Program-made: the position numbers and the translations under genes
Source: a candidate division WOR-3 bacterium
GTDB lineage: Bacteria > Hydrothermota > Tepidihabitantia > SM23-42
NCBI GenBank assembly: GCA_027026255.1
Contig: JALVOT010000017.1
Coordinates: 177,670 to 241,669, forward strand
Length of the DNA: 64,000 bases
Direction of reading: 5' to 3'
Shown: positions 1 through 10,669 of the stretch, one piece after another
Layout: each line of letters opens with the position of its first letter
Position numbering within the stretch: position 1 is the first letter of the stretch
The notes under the pieces: generated by a model
Told to the model about the DNA's origin: nothing
The model's input: the letters and a program-made list of their open reading frames with translations, nothing else
The model's database searches: none

Positions 1-477
1 AAGATAAGACGAAAAAGGGAAAACTGGGAATATTCCTGGGTTCTAATTATTTCGTTTGTCATCAGTGCCTTTATCGGACTTTTCGGCGGTGTGGCAGGAA
101 CCGGCCCCCTACCAACGAAGATTGCGAATTTTCCCTTTGATATTCAGACATTATATGTCAATATTCTGGTTCCACTCGGTTCTACAATGTTCGCCCTGCT
201 CGCCTTCTTTATGACATCCGCGGCATATCGGGCTTTCCGTGCCCGCTCATTTGAAGCAACCCTGTTACTTATTGCGGCGTTTATTGTTATGCTGGGAATA
301 ATCCCCCTTGGTGGCAGAATTTCCCATCACCTGCCTTCATTTGCCCAGTGGATAATGAATGTCCCCAATGTTGCCGGACAGAGGGGTATTTTATTCGGCA
401 TCGCCTTAGGAATGCTTGCTACTGCGTTAAAAATAATTTTGGGGATTGAACGTGCCTGGCTTGGAGGTGGAGAATGA
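1..477 (+). CDS. Polytopic membrane protein, 5' end truncated by the window edge. Paralogue of the C-terminal half of the protein at 21211..21834.
   Basis: The frame is open from nt 1. The translation aligns with the 207-aa protein at 21211-21834 (RRLRDWQYSIILL / [14 protein letters not shown]; [35 protein letters not shown] / [35 protein letters not shown]). Its stop overlaps the next start (ATGA). Confidence 0.7.
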   Translation, partial: KIRRKRENWEYSWVLIISFVISAFIGLFGGVAGTGPLPTKIANFPFDIQTLYVNILVPLGSTMFALLAFFMTSAAYRAFRARSFEATLLLIAAFIVMLGIIPLGGRISHHLPSFAQWIMNVPNVAGQRGILFGIALGMLATALKIILGIERAWLGGGE

Positions 478-1337
478 AGATAATTAATATGCTGACCAAT
501 ATCGACCGCAGAATCATATATCTGATTCTTGCCGCTGCAGTAATCCTGCCCCTGGTTTTTCCATCCGTAGAGAGGGTAAGGGTAATGCCTCCGGTGCAGA
601 AACTCTATAATGCAATCGACCAGATACCCGAAGATAAGGCACTGATTATAGATTTTGATTATGACCCTCAGACCCAGCCTGAATTAGAACCGATGGGCTT
701 TGCTTTACTACGCCATGCATTTAAAAGAAGAATCAAAGTTCTTGTGCTCAGTCTTTATGTGCAGCCTCTGGGTCTGGCAAAAAAGGCACTGACCCAGGTC
801 ATCAAAGAATTCAATGAGAAGGCGACAACATATAATGATAGTATTATCTATGGAAGGGACTATGTATTTTTAGGCTGGCAACCTCCACCCCTTGTTCCGA
901 TACTGGGTATGGGTGAAAGCATCACCCGGGTTTATAAGACTGACTATTACGGTAATAAGACCGATACCCTGCCCCTGATGAAGAAGATTAAAAACTATAA
1001 CGATGTGGGTATGCTTGTCTCCCTGGCGGGCTCGGCGATACCTAAAACCTGGGTCGCCTATGCCCAGAATCGGTTTGGGGTTCAAATCGGCGCCGGTGTA
1101 ACCGCAGTGTCAGCCGCCGACTTTTATCCTTATCTTCAAACCGGCCAGTTCAGTGGACTGATGGTTGGAATGAAAGGCGGAGCAGAATACGAAGAACTGG
1201 TGGAAAGACGATTGGGTTTAAAGGCAAGACGTCGGGCAAGTGAGGCACTACCGTCTTTAACTTATGCCCATCTTATAATGATAATATTCATTACAATCGG
1301 CAATATCGGATATTTCATAAAGAGGAGGTCAAAATGA
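474..1337 (+). CDS. Bitopic membrane protein with N- and C-terminal TM helices and a large central domain. Paralogue of 20376..21209.
   Basis: 287-aa ORF that aligns with the minus-strand protein at 20376-21209 ([17 protein letters not shown] / DRRIIFLLVAVAVIVPL; [12 protein letters not shown] / DYDPGSEAELYP; [12 protein letters not shown] / GAAEYETLVKRR). Translationally coupled to its neighbours. Confidence 0.65.
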   Translation: MKIINMLTNIDRRIIYLILAAAVILPLVFPSVERVRVMPPVQKLYNAIDQIPEDKALIIDFDYDPQTQPELEPMGFALLRHAFKRRIKVLVLSLYVQPLGLAKKALTQVIKEFNEKATTYNDSIIYGRDYVFLGWQPPPLVPILGMGESITRVYKTDYYGNKTDTLPLMKKIKNYNDVGMLVSLAGSAIPKTWVAYAQNRFGVQIGAGVTAVSAADFYPYLQTGQFSGLMVGMKGGAEYEELVERRLGLKARRRASEALPSLTYAHLIMIIFITIGNIGYFIKRRSK

Positions 1338-1975
1338 ATATCTCTTTAGACCCCTGGGTATGGATTAGTGCCTTATTAAGTCTGGCTATTCTATCCTTTC
1401 TGTATCGTGATAACCCCTTTTACAAATTTGCCGAACATCTATTCGTCGGTGTTGCCAATGGTTATGCCGTAACATTCTATTGGCACAACATTCTGGTGCC
1501 TGCATTATTCAATCCTCTCTTCCGTGAGGGCCGATTATATTTTATTATTCCCTTTATTATCGGTATGCTTTATCTCACTCGATTTATCCCCAGAATTTCA
1601 TGGTTGGTCAGGATACCCATCGGTATTGCAATCGGTTACTATACCGGAGCATCGATTCCAGCCACCATTCAGGCGAGTATCATAAAACAAATTCAGGGAA
1701 CTATATTAACCCCGGAAAACTTTGCTTCCTGGCATGCTGGTTCTGCAGGAATTATCTGGTCAATAATTCTCTTTATCGGTGTCCTCTGCACTATATCATA
1801 TTTTTACTTCTCTAAAGAACATAAAGGATTTCTGGGAACAACCTCAAGAATCGGCATCATTTATGTAATGATCGGTTTCGGAGCGGCATTCGGCTACACT
1901 GTGATGGCACGAATCAGCCTCTTAATCGGTCGTCTGCAGTTTTTATTAAGAGACTGGCTGGGTATCATCAGATAA
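1334..1975 (+). CDS. Polytopic (about 6 TM) membrane protein. Paralogue of 19762..20376.
   Basis: 213-aa ORF that aligns over its whole length with the 204-aa protein at 19762-20376 (FLYRDNPFYKFAEHLFVG / FLYKDNPFYKVAEHIFVG; YFYFSKEHKG and FGYTVMARISLLIGR are shared). Confidence 0.65.
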   Translation: MNISLDPWVWISALLSLAILSFLYRDNPFYKFAEHLFVGVANGYAVTFYWHNILVPALFNPLFREGRLYFIIPFIIGMLYLTRFIPRISWLVRIPIGIAIGYYTGASIPATIQASIIKQIQGTILTPENFASWHAGSAGIIWSIILFIGVLCTISYFYFSKEHKGFLGTTSRIGIIYVMIGFGAAFGYTVMARISLLIGRLQFLLRDWLGIIR

Positions 1976-1991
1976 AACCAGAAAAGAGAAA

Positions 1992-2026
1992 AGGGGCAGG
2001 ATAGAAAATCCTGCCCCTTTTTTTTC
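1992..2026. terminator. Bidirectional intrinsic terminator between convergent genes.
   Basis: AGGGGCAGGAT-agaaa-ATCCTGCCCCT followed by T8. The same hairpin has an A-tract on the other strand. Confidence 0.8.
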
Positions 2027-2040
2027 AGTAAATTCCTGTA

Positions 2041-3840
2041 TCAGTGCGTAACCACCACAGTCCTGGATACCTTCTTCTCTGGTGCCTGAAGCAGCACAAA
2101 ATAGGTTCCATTGGCAAGATTGCGGGTAGAAAGATTAACAGAATATGTCCCGGTATTACGATAACCCTGGTCAATCGTCCTTACCTGACGGCCGGTAACA
2201 TCATAGAGATTCAATACTATATTTCCGGAATGTGCAATATTATAAGAAATTGTTGCACAGCCAGAAACCGGATTCGGATATAATGTCAACGAAGTATTAA
2301 CCGGGCGATCAGCCTGACTATGTTCAGCAATACCCATAAATGTATGTTTATCAATAACCCAGCAGCGCACCGGATTTTCCGTACGCTCACTTTCTGGTCC
2401 CCCAACACAAGCACCCGCATCCTTATCCTCGACATAGGTAATAAAGATTGAATCGTTAACAAGTAAAGGACAGACGGTTGCATAATCCTCATCATCACAG
2501 GCACCTGCAGCACCACCCGGGGTCCGGGTATTGGTCAGATTCACATATTTTGCCCAGGTTAAACCATTATCCGTTGAATAAGAAGCATATAACTCACCAT
2601 TAAAATTGGCCGGCTTTCCAACTGTATCTGAATAATCTGTGGTATCATCCTGGCCGTGCCATAAACAGAAAAGGGTATCACTATTCGGGTCAACAATAAG
2701 CTGAGGCTGATCCGCCGCGGTCCTCCAGCCACCAGCCCTATCAAACTCATCAAGCCACCAGCCTTCAGGCTGATTATAATAGGTGCTTGGACTGTTTACC
2801 ACACTAATCGTATTGGAAACCTCATCCCAGTGGAAAATCTTGGCGCGGTCAAACACATGAAGAGTATCATTATCAATATGAGCCTGATAAGCACCCCAGA
2901 CAATATGCAGATGGTCATTGCGGTCAAAGACCCCATTTACATCACAGTATGCCCAGGTTGCAGTATCAGAAACTTGAGAAAAAGGTTTATAATGGGTAAG
3001 ATTCACCGGATTACCCCAAGTCACCCCGCCATCAGTAGAGAGCACATAATAAACATCATTATTAATTTGATCATTATTAGAATCAACTATCTCAATATAT
3101 TGAGTCCAGATATACACCACCTTATTAGAACCGGAGTTCTGTGAGGCACGGACAAATTGAGAAACGGTGCCACAGGAATCAACTGCCATTTTCTCGGTCC
3201 AGGAATTACCTGCGTCTGTCGTCAACCAGAGATGCTGGTCTGCACCTCCATATTTAGCACTTACCATCACGATATTGCCGTTATTTGCCACCGCAATATA
3301 AGGCCAGATCTGGTCTGTTGCAGATGGAGTCTTGGGATCATTGGGCCAGGTTCCCCAGAGATTACCTCCATCAATGTCAATCCAGGAAAAATATCCCTGA
3401 CCGGCATCATAATGGTAGGCGATAACTGTGCGCTGGGTATCGGCGTTGGCATCCCTGGTTATATCAAGCTGGACATAACCGGACCAGGATGGAGAACCCG
3501 GGGTCTCACCAAAATATGTGCCATCCGTATATCGAGCATTCCAGCCACAAAAACGTTTGTTCGCTGCTGAATCCTGTGCCATCCAGTTGATATGCGCCTG
3601 ACCTTTATCATCCACATCAATACGCTGGCCAAAAGAACCGTTTGCCTGATAGTCATACCAGGTAGTTCCTATCTTGTCACCGGGACTGCGTGAACCACCA
3701 AGATACGGTATCGGGTTACCATTAGCAATCCTCTCATTACCAATCAGTTTCTGATACGGTCCCCCACCTTTTATAACCAGACTAAACCCCATTGTAGCAA
3801 CTATTGCTACAACCATCAGTATTTTGCCCATATCCTTCAT
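2041..3840 (-). CDS. Secreted BNR/Asp-box repeat protein (sialidase-like fold) with a T9SS C-terminal sorting domain.
   Basis: 599-aa ORF with an N-terminal signal peptide. BNR motifs are STDGGVTW, YSTDNGLTW and TTDAGNSW. The C-terminus resembles a Por-secretion CTD (GTYFVLLQAPEKKVSRTVVVTH). Confidence 0.65.
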   Translation of the reverse strand: MKDMGKILMVVAIVATMGFSLVIKGGGPYQKLIGNERIANGNPIPYLGGSRSPGDKIGTTWYDYQANGSFGQRIDVDDKGQAHINWMAQDSAANKRFCGWNARYTDGTYFGETPGSPSWSGYVQLDITRDANADTQRTVIAYHYDAGQGYFSWIDIDGGNLWGTWPNDPKTPSATDQIWPYIAVANNGNIVMVSAKYGGADQHLWLTTDAGNSWTEKMAVDSCGTVSQFVRASQNSGSNKVVYIWTQYIEIVDSNNDQINNDVYYVLSTDGGVTWGNPVNLTHYKPFSQVSDTATWAYCDVNGVFDRNDHLHIVWGAYQAHIDNDTLHVFDRAKIFHWDEVSNTISVVNSPSTYYNQPEGWWLDEFDRAGGWRTAADQPQLIVDPNSDTLFCLWHGQDDTTDYSDTVGKPANFNGELYASYSTDNGLTWAKYVNLTNTRTPGGAAGACDDEDYATVCPLLVNDSIFITYVEDKDAGACVGGPESERTENPVRCWVIDKHTFMGIAEHSQADRPVNTSLTLYPNPVSGCATISYNIAHSGNIVLNLYDVTGRQVRTIDQGYRNTGTYSVNLSTRNLANGTYFVLLQAPEKKVSRTVVVTH

Positions 3841-3855
3841 TTTGCCTCCTTTCTT

Positions 3856-6465
3856 TTATTTCAAAAAAACTGCCTTTCTCGCCACGGCCTTGCTGTCTCT
3901 TTTCAGTTGTATAAAATAGACGCCGGCATTTTCGAGTGAAAAACTATATTCATAAGCGCCCGGGCTGAGTACCTTCTGAATAAAATCAATCTGCCTTCCT
4001 GATATATCGTAGATATCCAACCGTATTTTACCGCGAGATTTTAAAGTAAATCCAACCTTAAGAATTCCTTTCTGAGGTGAAGGAATATTAAGAGAGGCGG
4101 AAATCCCTTTTTCTTTATAGGCTTCAATTCCTGTAAGATATTCACGAATTAGATAGACACCGTCAGATTCATCTGCAAGATAAAGCATACGGCCGCTACA
4201 GGCGAGATTGACAGCATTGCCAAAAGACTCCATATATCCAATTTCCCTTGGATTTAAGGAGTCTGAAACATCAATCATCCTGACACCTTCAAAACCATCA
4301 GCCACAAAAAGACCATCACTCAGGAGCACCTTATTGGCAGTGCCCGGCGTATCAAGAGTGCCAAGCTGTTCCGGATTTACAGGATCGGAAATATTAAATA
4401 TCTTTATCCCGCGTCCACCGTCAGCCAGGTATATTAGATTATTTTTTAATACCAGACCCCGGGTAATGCCGTTTGTATTATAAAAACCGATCTCAACCGG
4501 AGCGGTGGGATCTGCGACATTTACCACCCTTAATCCCTTAGTTCCATCTGCCACAAAAGCAATGGTATCTCTTATTACAACATCATAGGCCTGTCCCGGA
4601 CTATCATACCTGCCTTCAAGTGATGGATTAGACGGCCTGGAAATATTAATTATAACAACCCCTGAAATTCGGCAGGCAGCATAAGCATAATTTCCGGAAA
4701 CGCAAATCGCCATTGGCTGGTCAACATTTAATCCCAGTTTTCCCACCTGGGCTGGATTGGTTGGACTGGAAATATCAATTACCCGAAGAGTATCTTCCTG
4801 GTCCAGGACATAAAGGTAAGAACCCGATGCCGCCAGGGCGACACTATTTCCTGGCAGAGCCAGATGATAGACCTCATCAGGCAGACTTGAATCAGAAAAG
4901 TCTGCAACCAATAAACCATCGGTTCCGTTCACAATATATGCATAATTCCCTGACAACACAAGTGCCTTTGCTGAATGAGGCAAACCATAGTGTCCAACCA
5001 GTTTCAGATTCGAACTATGTGCCGGAAAAGTTGATTGAATTTTATTAAAACTTCCGTCTGCAGCGAGCTTCTGATTTGAACTATTTAATCCGGCAATATT
5101 AATTCGGAATACAGAATCTATATCTGGAGCTACCCACAGATATTTACCCGTATTAGAAACATTATCCTTAATAAGCGTCCAGTTAAGAGAATCATAACTC
5201 GAAGATTGCCTGCCAATTGAATACCAGATTTTCAGATGATCAATATCCGAACCAGTTGTTGACCATTTAATCCAGTATTTCAGGTCCTTAAAAACAAATC
5301 CACCCCGGGGAAAATCGAGAAATATATTATCATTCACTGAACCGCCCGGGACAAATGTGACCACATAGTCATTAGAATATGTCCCCTGATAGTAAGTCCA
5401 GAGATTCCAGTACGGCTCGCCGCTCCAGCCCCAGGTAGTATGAACCTGCACAAATGTATCAGGCGGCTCAATCAGATAGCCTATTCCGGTCAAACAATGA
5501 TGGATGAATTGATTTCCATAATAATAATATGAAACCGCCCAGACGCAGGGTCTTCCTCCATCAATCTCATCCTTTAACCAGGAAAAGACCCATTGATTCC
5601 AGGAACTACCCTGGGATGATGTTAAGCTGTTGCAGGAATAGCCATTTACAGAATTAGCGACTGTTATCATACCGGGTTTTATATTGCTGATATAGGTTCC
5701 CCCGGTCATTGAATCGGTATTCATTGCCAGGGCAAGTTCCTTGGCAACATTAACACATTCCTTCCACTGGCTATAAGGTGGGTCATAACGGGTAAAATAG
5801 AAATCAACAAGCCGACCATAGCCGCGCGAATCCCAGTATCCGAAAATCATTGATGCCGATGTCGGACAACAGCCATAAACCCAGTCCTGGAAAGGAACTC
5901 CGGAAATATAAGCCGAATCCTGACGGGTTGTAAATGATGGAGTATTAAAATATCTTTCCCATTTTTCTCTGGTTAAAAGTTCAAGCGCTTTATCAGATTT
6001 AATCCGGGATTTTAAATCCCCTTTATCTATTTTTTTAAGTGTGGCTGAATTAATTAGAATTTCTTTATCCTGACATTTAAATCCGCAATATTCTTCACCC
6101 GGACCAAAATAGTATACCCTTTGAAATTGAGGTTCCATTTTAAATTCTTTCCTTGCCGCATTCAAAATTTTATCATAACCGGTTTTAAATCCTGGTAAAT
6201 CAAATGAAATCTCCCCAATCGGGGATGATGTCCATCTTGCACCCATTACAATATTTATAATATGATTATTAATGTTTTTATAAATCATCGCATAAGCATT
6301 TGGTTTATCATCAATACCGTAATAGGTCACTATCTGGTCCAGTTGATAATTACCAAAGCGTTCATTAATGAATTTTTCAGAAAGCGCCTTAACTTTTCCA
6401 AAAGGGATGAAATCTGAAGCAAAACTTAAACAAAAAATCATCAACAGCATAACCGCCTTTTTCAT
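3856..6465 (-). CDS. Peptidase C10 (streptopain/PrtT-like) domain fused to an LVIVD-repeat beta-propeller and a T9SS C-terminal sorting domain.
   Basis: 869-aa ORF with a signal peptide. The active-site Cys region is GCCPTSASMIFGYWD (compare GCVATAxAQIMKY of C10 peptidases) and the downstream signature is VHTTWGWSGEPYW. Repeated GxYxYxxxxxxGLxVIDISxPxxP units are LVIVD-like. The C-terminal CTD is GVYFIQLKRDSKAVARKAVFLK. Confidence 0.7.
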   Translation of the reverse strand: MKKAVMLLMIFCLSFASDFIPFGKVKALSEKFINERFGNYQLDQIVTYYGIDDKPNAYAMIYKNINNHIINIVMGARWTSSPIGEISFDLPGFKTGYDKILNAARKEFKMEPQFQRVYYFGPGEEYCGFKCQDKEILINSATLKKIDKGDLKSRIKSDKALELLTREKWERYFNTPSFTTRQDSAYISGVPFQDWVYGCCPTSASMIFGYWDSRGYGRLVDFYFTRYDPPYSQWKECVNVAKELALAMNTDSMTGGTYISNIKPGMITVANSVNGYSCNSLTSSQGSSWNQWVFSWLKDEIDGGRPCVWAVSYYYYGNQFIHHCLTGIGYLIEPPDTFVQVHTTWGWSGEPYWNLWTYYQGTYSNDYVVTFVPGGSVNDNIFLDFPRGGFVFKDLKYWIKWSTTGSDIDHLKIWYSIGRQSSSYDSLNWTLIKDNVSNTGKYLWVAPDIDSVFRINIAGLNSSNQKLAADGSFNKIQSTFPAHSSNLKLVGHYGLPHSAKALVLSGNYAYIVNGTDGLLVADFSDSSLPDEVYHLALPGNSVALAASGSYLYVLDQEDTLRVIDISSPTNPAQVGKLGLNVDQPMAICVSGNYAYAACRISGVVIINISRPSNPSLEGRYDSPGQAYDVVIRDTIAFVADGTKGLRVVNVADPTAPVEIGFYNTNGITRGLVLKNNLIYLADGGRGIKIFNISDPVNPEQLGTLDTPGTANKVLLSDGLFVADGFEGVRMIDVSDSLNPREIGYMESFGNAVNLACSGRMLYLADESDGVYLIREYLTGIEAYKEKGISASLNIPSPQKGILKVGFTLKSRGKIRLDIYDISGRQIDFIQKVLSPGAYEYSFSLENAGVYFIQLKRDSKAVARKAVFLK

Positions 6466-6570
6466 AATAATCTCCTTAAATTGTTTCCCGAAAAAAACAA
6501 TTTTTTCTCCATAAACCCCCTGTTCTAATCGGGGTGTGAAGGTATTTTACCTTCACACCCCGGAATTTCC

Positions 6571-7686
6571 CTAAAATTCTATACTCAATCCAAGTCTATG
6601 CGTCGCCTTAAGAATTCCCTTATTCATATATGCATAATCAATACGAAACCCTGTATTACCGGTTTTCACATTAAACCCAACCCCGGCGGTAAGATTATTA
6701 AGCAGCCACTCGGTTTTATCACCCCAATTATAACCGGTTGTCTCATTCGTTGTGGTATCAATTATCGGTTTGCCACCCGTCATCGCCTTCACATAATCAA
6801 TATTCAAATACATCTTGTAACCTGCCCTTAAGAAAAATGTATTGAGATAGGCATATTCAAAACCGAGATTAATTGTTTCGTAATTATCATTAGGATGATT
6901 AAGGTCTAAATCCATTGTCAACCGGGATGACTCATTAGAAATAGGGTCAAATGCCAGACCAAATCGGAATATCAGAGGTAAAGGATACGGTGTGGTCTTG
7001 TAAGTACTCGGTATCGGTTCATAATCAAGTGGGGAATCTGGAAACGGATTTTCCGCAAACTCCAGGTTCCGACCGCTGAAACTTATATCCGAACCGAAGT
7101 TGCTCATTGCCGCAGCAATCTTAAGGCCTTTAAACCCGGTATTATAATGAATTCCAAAATCAGTTGCAATACCGGTTGCGGTCATACTCCAAACAATTTC
7201 CTGGACTCCCTTAATGGTTAATCCTGCTGCGAGTCGATCCGTGAACATTCGACCAAATGATATACCAACGGCAAAATCCGAAGCATTAAAATAAGTTCCT
7301 GTTCCGGTATCCTCACGAATGGTCGTATTGGGATTGTCAACCCCGGTAATCTCCATCTTTCCCATTGTTAATGCCGTCACACTTAATCCCATCGTTCCAA
7401 AATTACCCAGGGGCAAAGCTGCAGTCAGATAGTCATGACGAATATCCGCAATCCATTCATTATGCTGAAGACTTATCTGTCTCTTCTCAATTGTTCCCAA
7501 TCCAGCAGGATTCCAGTAGGTCGCTGAGGCATCATCAGCAATCGCAACAAATGCCTCGCCCATTGCTGCACCCCGACCTACACCAATCTTCAGAAACTGA
7601 GCACCTGAAGTCCCCAGTTTTGCAAAGTCAGCATAGAGGGGCAACATTAAAATCAAGAGTAGGCTGATGTATTTTATCCTTTTCAT
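6571..7686 (-). CDS. PorV/PorQ-family outer-membrane beta-barrel protein (T9SS-associated).
   Basis: 371-aa ORF with a signal peptide. The N-terminal motif is AKLGTSGAQFLKIGVGRGAAMGEAFVAIADDASATYWNPAGL. The C-terminus ends in aromatic residues (EF). Confidence 0.55.
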   Translation of the reverse strand: MKRIKYISLLLILMLPLYADFAKLGTSGAQFLKIGVGRGAAMGEAFVAIADDASATYWNPAGLGTIEKRQISLQHNEWIADIRHDYLTAALPLGNFGTMGLSVTALTMGKMEITGVDNPNTTIREDTGTGTYFNASDFAVGISFGRMFTDRLAAGLTIKGVQEIVWSMTATGIATDFGIHYNTGFKGLKIAAAMSNFGSDISFSGRNLEFAENPFPDSPLDYEPIPSTYKTTPYPLPLIFRFGLAFDPISNESSRLTMDLDLNHPNDNYETINLGFEYAYLNTFFLRAGYKMYLNIDYVKAMTGGKPIIDTTTNETTGYNWGDKTEWLLNNLTAGVGFNVKTGNTGFRIDYAYMNKGILKATHRLGLSIEF

Positions 7687-7695
7687 TCTAACCTC

Positions 7696-10662
7696 CTATC
7701 GAACAACAACAAATTTGCCAACCTGTTCACCGACATCAGATTGAATATGGAAGACATAAACACCGCTCGCAACCAGCTGATGATTCTCACTCAATAAATC
7801 CCATTCCTCATCGCCGCCTAAATCATTAATCACACCACCACCCGAACTCGCCTTATGACAAATTACCTTAACCAACTCACCATTCAAATTGAATATCCGT
7901 ATCGTACAATTCGAAGGCAAATTGATAAACCGCAACCGACGCCGTAAACTCGACTGCTGCCACTCGTTATGAATAATATACGGATTAGGCACCACCTTGA
8001 CATGTAAACTAAAAGTATCCACCGACGCAAATTCCCCGGGCACCGAATGAATCCTGAACAGCCCATTTGCCATCACCGGACTAAACTCCGTATTCGCATG
8101 GACCACCCAAACATCACCACTCCGCGGCAACTCATCTCCCGGCATCAACGGTCCGCCTCTTTTCAACCCCACGAGACCACCGCATATATACAGGAACTTC
8201 GTATTATACTGCGGAGCCGGACTACCATGCAACACCAGTGTATCTGAAAAACCGCGCAGCGACAGAAAACTCCAGCCATCCGCTAAAGTATCATTCAAAG
8301 GATCACCAGAAACCGGTCGATAAGGAGTAAAGTTAATCGTATCCCCGGCATTTAAATCAATCACCACCACACTGTTTGCGGTATTGCTCCCCGCTGTCGA
8401 AAACCAGTGCACCTCATAATCATTACCGCGATAAGGCCAAAAATTCCAATAATTGGCCCAGGCACCAGGTGTAGAAGGCACCAATAAACTCTCGGGATAC
8501 GAACCGGTCTTCACTTCAATCGCCTCAAATATCGACTTATCGGTCGGCAACAAATCCCGGACAAAATGTAAGCCTATACTCAAACCATTATAAACCGGAA
8601 ATGTATGCGGCACATCCAACGAATCATTAACACCAACCACCTTAATACTATCAATATGACCACCATCCGCATCCTCTAAATATCCCTTATAAAGAGGAAC
8701 AACCACAACCACCGTATCTGTATCATGAATAATTCTCACAATGCTCCAATCAATCGGCATAAGCTCCAACTGAATAATATCATCTTTCATCTCAAGCGGA
8801 TTCACAATACTCACATTAATACTATCTCCAAGCAGCTCATTACCATAAATCCGTTCCAACGAATACTCACCAGGAACTAAATTCGCCGGTTCACGCCTCG
8901 GCACAACCGGCACTCCACTCAAACCGCTCTCAAACCAGATTGGACGACCATACTCCTGACCCGACGAATCCACATCCTTTACTAAATTATAATCATAAGA
9001 AGTCACCGCATAATAATAAGTAAACCCATTGCGCACATCCTCATCCACATAAGAATGAACCAAACCCTTATCATCCGCATATATCCTTATCGATTCCGGT
9101 GCGGTCGTATCTTCAAAAACAATGTTGTTAAACAGGTCATAACGGCCAAGCAAGCTCCAGTCTCCGGTCTTCCCGGTCAAACTCTTCCAGACTCCATAAC
9201 CCTCAAAATCATACTGACGGTAAAATGTATCGGTTAAAGGCGTTCCCGGAATACTCACAATATCATAATAAGGATCAGGAGTATGTTCAGGGGCATTATC
9301 CCAAACCAGGGTCACCCGGGCATCACCGGGCACACAGGTTAAAGTCGGGGGCGGGGGCGGACCAGGCAGTAACCAGTTCTTATCATAGATAAATTGACAG
9401 GTATTATCAATATTTACCAGGGCGGTATCCGGGGTGCTGTATGTATCATGCCAGTAGGCAAGAATAATGCCGACCAGAATCGTCGCGACTGAATCCGGAG
9501 CAATGTCAAATGGTCCGCTGCACTGTAAAAACCTCTGATCATCTGGACCTGATGGTGCAGTGTCTACAAACGGCTCATAAACCATCGTCTTAAAGTTATA
9601 ACCGGCAAGGGTCACATACCGCTCATTATCCTTAGTCGGCTCAAGACTAAGTGTGAAACGTTTGAATGCGGTCATACCGAGCTGCGGTATCTCTGAAGGG
9701 TCGCGCCAGTCCGGGGTCCCATCAAGGTCAACATCCCACATTGAATCCGGCAGATTTGTTACATAATAAGAACTATCCCGTTCATACTGGTCAGGAATCC
9801 CGTCCTCATCCTTGTCCATATTCTCTTTTAAATCATAAGGACTCTGTAAATAATCATAACCGATTGTCCCGGGAAATTCACTCCAGCCGGCTTCTTTTGT
9901 ATCCTGCCATTGATAACCGAGGTTATCAACCCAGAGCGATTCTCCATCAACCACATACCATCGACCTACAATACCGGCGATGCGGTCATTGGCGCTTCCA
10001 GGGGACTCATTACCGATATCATTATCAGCACAGACCCCGAAGTAGCATTTTCGCAGGGTATCGCCTGAAACATTTCTCAACTCATATTTGATGAATATTA
10101 TATCCTGTGTTGTGCTCAAATTCCAGGCATAAACCGTTTGATAAATCACCAGACCAATCGGCCTTGTATCTCCCGGGTTATGTTGCGTTTTATCAAGGTC
10201 ATTGATTACACACCAGGAATCCTGATGAGATTTATTTTTCTGCGGCGGTTCTGCAGTGGTCCAGCCTTCAACCGGCGGGGGCCAGGTCTCAGGATACATA
10301 AAAATAATCGCATTGGGATCACTCTGGGACATACCTTTATCACCGGGGACAAATTCAGTCTCAGCGCCGGATGGACCATAACCGATTGAAACCAAGGTAT
10401 CACCGCTTGTTTGATCAATCGTTCCGAACCAGGGTCCAGCACCAAATACATAACTGTGGCGAGAACCTTTGGGCCACCATAGACCTGCTTTTTCACCCTC
10501 ACGCTGGCCAAACTTCCCAAAGTTTGAGACACACATCTCAACCTGGTTCACATTATGAACTTTTATCTGGAACTCACGACCTGCATCAGGATTTATAACC
10601 GCAGGTCGGGCTAAAGCAAAGACTACAATTGTCAAGATTGGAATTAAAACCTTCTTCATCAT
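7696..10662 (-). CDS. Large secreted protein with thrombospondin-type-3-like Ca-binding Asp-rich motifs and a T9SS C-terminal sorting domain.
   Basis: 988-aa ORF with a signal peptide. It contains DKDEDGIPDQYERD and DVDLDGTPDWRD. The C-terminal CTD is GVYVFHIQSDVGEQVGKFVVVR. Confidence 0.6.
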   Translation of the reverse strand: MMKKVLIPILTIVVFALARPAVINPDAGREFQIKVHNVNQVEMCVSNFGKFGQREGEKAGLWWPKGSRHSYVFGAGPWFGTIDQTSGDTLVSIGYGPSGAETEFVPGDKGMSQSDPNAIIFMYPETWPPPVEGWTTAEPPQKNKSHQDSWCVINDLDKTQHNPGDTRPIGLVIYQTVYAWNLSTTQDIIFIKYELRNVSGDTLRKCYFGVCADNDIGNESPGSANDRIAGIVGRWYVVDGESLWVDNLGYQWQDTKEAGWSEFPGTIGYDYLQSPYDLKENMDKDEDGIPDQYERDSSYYVTNLPDSMWDVDLDGTPDWRDPSEIPQLGMTAFKRFTLSLEPTKDNERYVTLAGYNFKTMVYEPFVDTAPSGPDDQRFLQCSGPFDIAPDSVATILVGIILAYWHDTYSTPDTALVNIDNTCQFIYDKNWLLPGPPPPPTLTCVPGDARVTLVWDNAPEHTPDPYYDIVSIPGTPLTDTFYRQYDFEGYGVWKSLTGKTGDWSLLGRYDLFNNIVFEDTTAPESIRIYADDKGLVHSYVDEDVRNGFTYYYAVTSYDYNLVKDVDSSGQEYGRPIWFESGLSGVPVVPRREPANLVPGEYSLERIYGNELLGDSINVSIVNPLEMKDDIIQLELMPIDWSIVRIIHDTDTVVVVVPLYKGYLEDADGGHIDSIKVVGVNDSLDVPHTFPVYNGLSIGLHFVRDLLPTDKSIFEAIEVKTGSYPESLLVPSTPGAWANYWNFWPYRGNDYEVHWFSTAGSNTANSVVVIDLNAGDTINFTPYRPVSGDPLNDTLADGWSFLSLRGFSDTLVLHGSPAPQYNTKFLYICGGLVGLKRGGPLMPGDELPRSGDVWVVHANTEFSPVMANGLFRIHSVPGEFASVDTFSLHVKVVPNPYIIHNEWQQSSLRRRLRFINLPSNCTIRIFNLNGELVKVICHKASSGGGVINDLGGDEEWDLLSENHQLVASGVYVFHIQSDVGEQVGKFVVVR

Positions 10663-10669
10663 CTACCTC

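Noticed and set aside
4208-5048. Antisense ORFs (91-111 aa) inside the C10-peptidase gene. Similar antisense ORFs sit inside other large genes, for example 9666..10091 and 11189..11611.
   Set aside because: They lie on the strand opposite long, motif-supported genes, have no start context, and their composition mirrors the sense strand.
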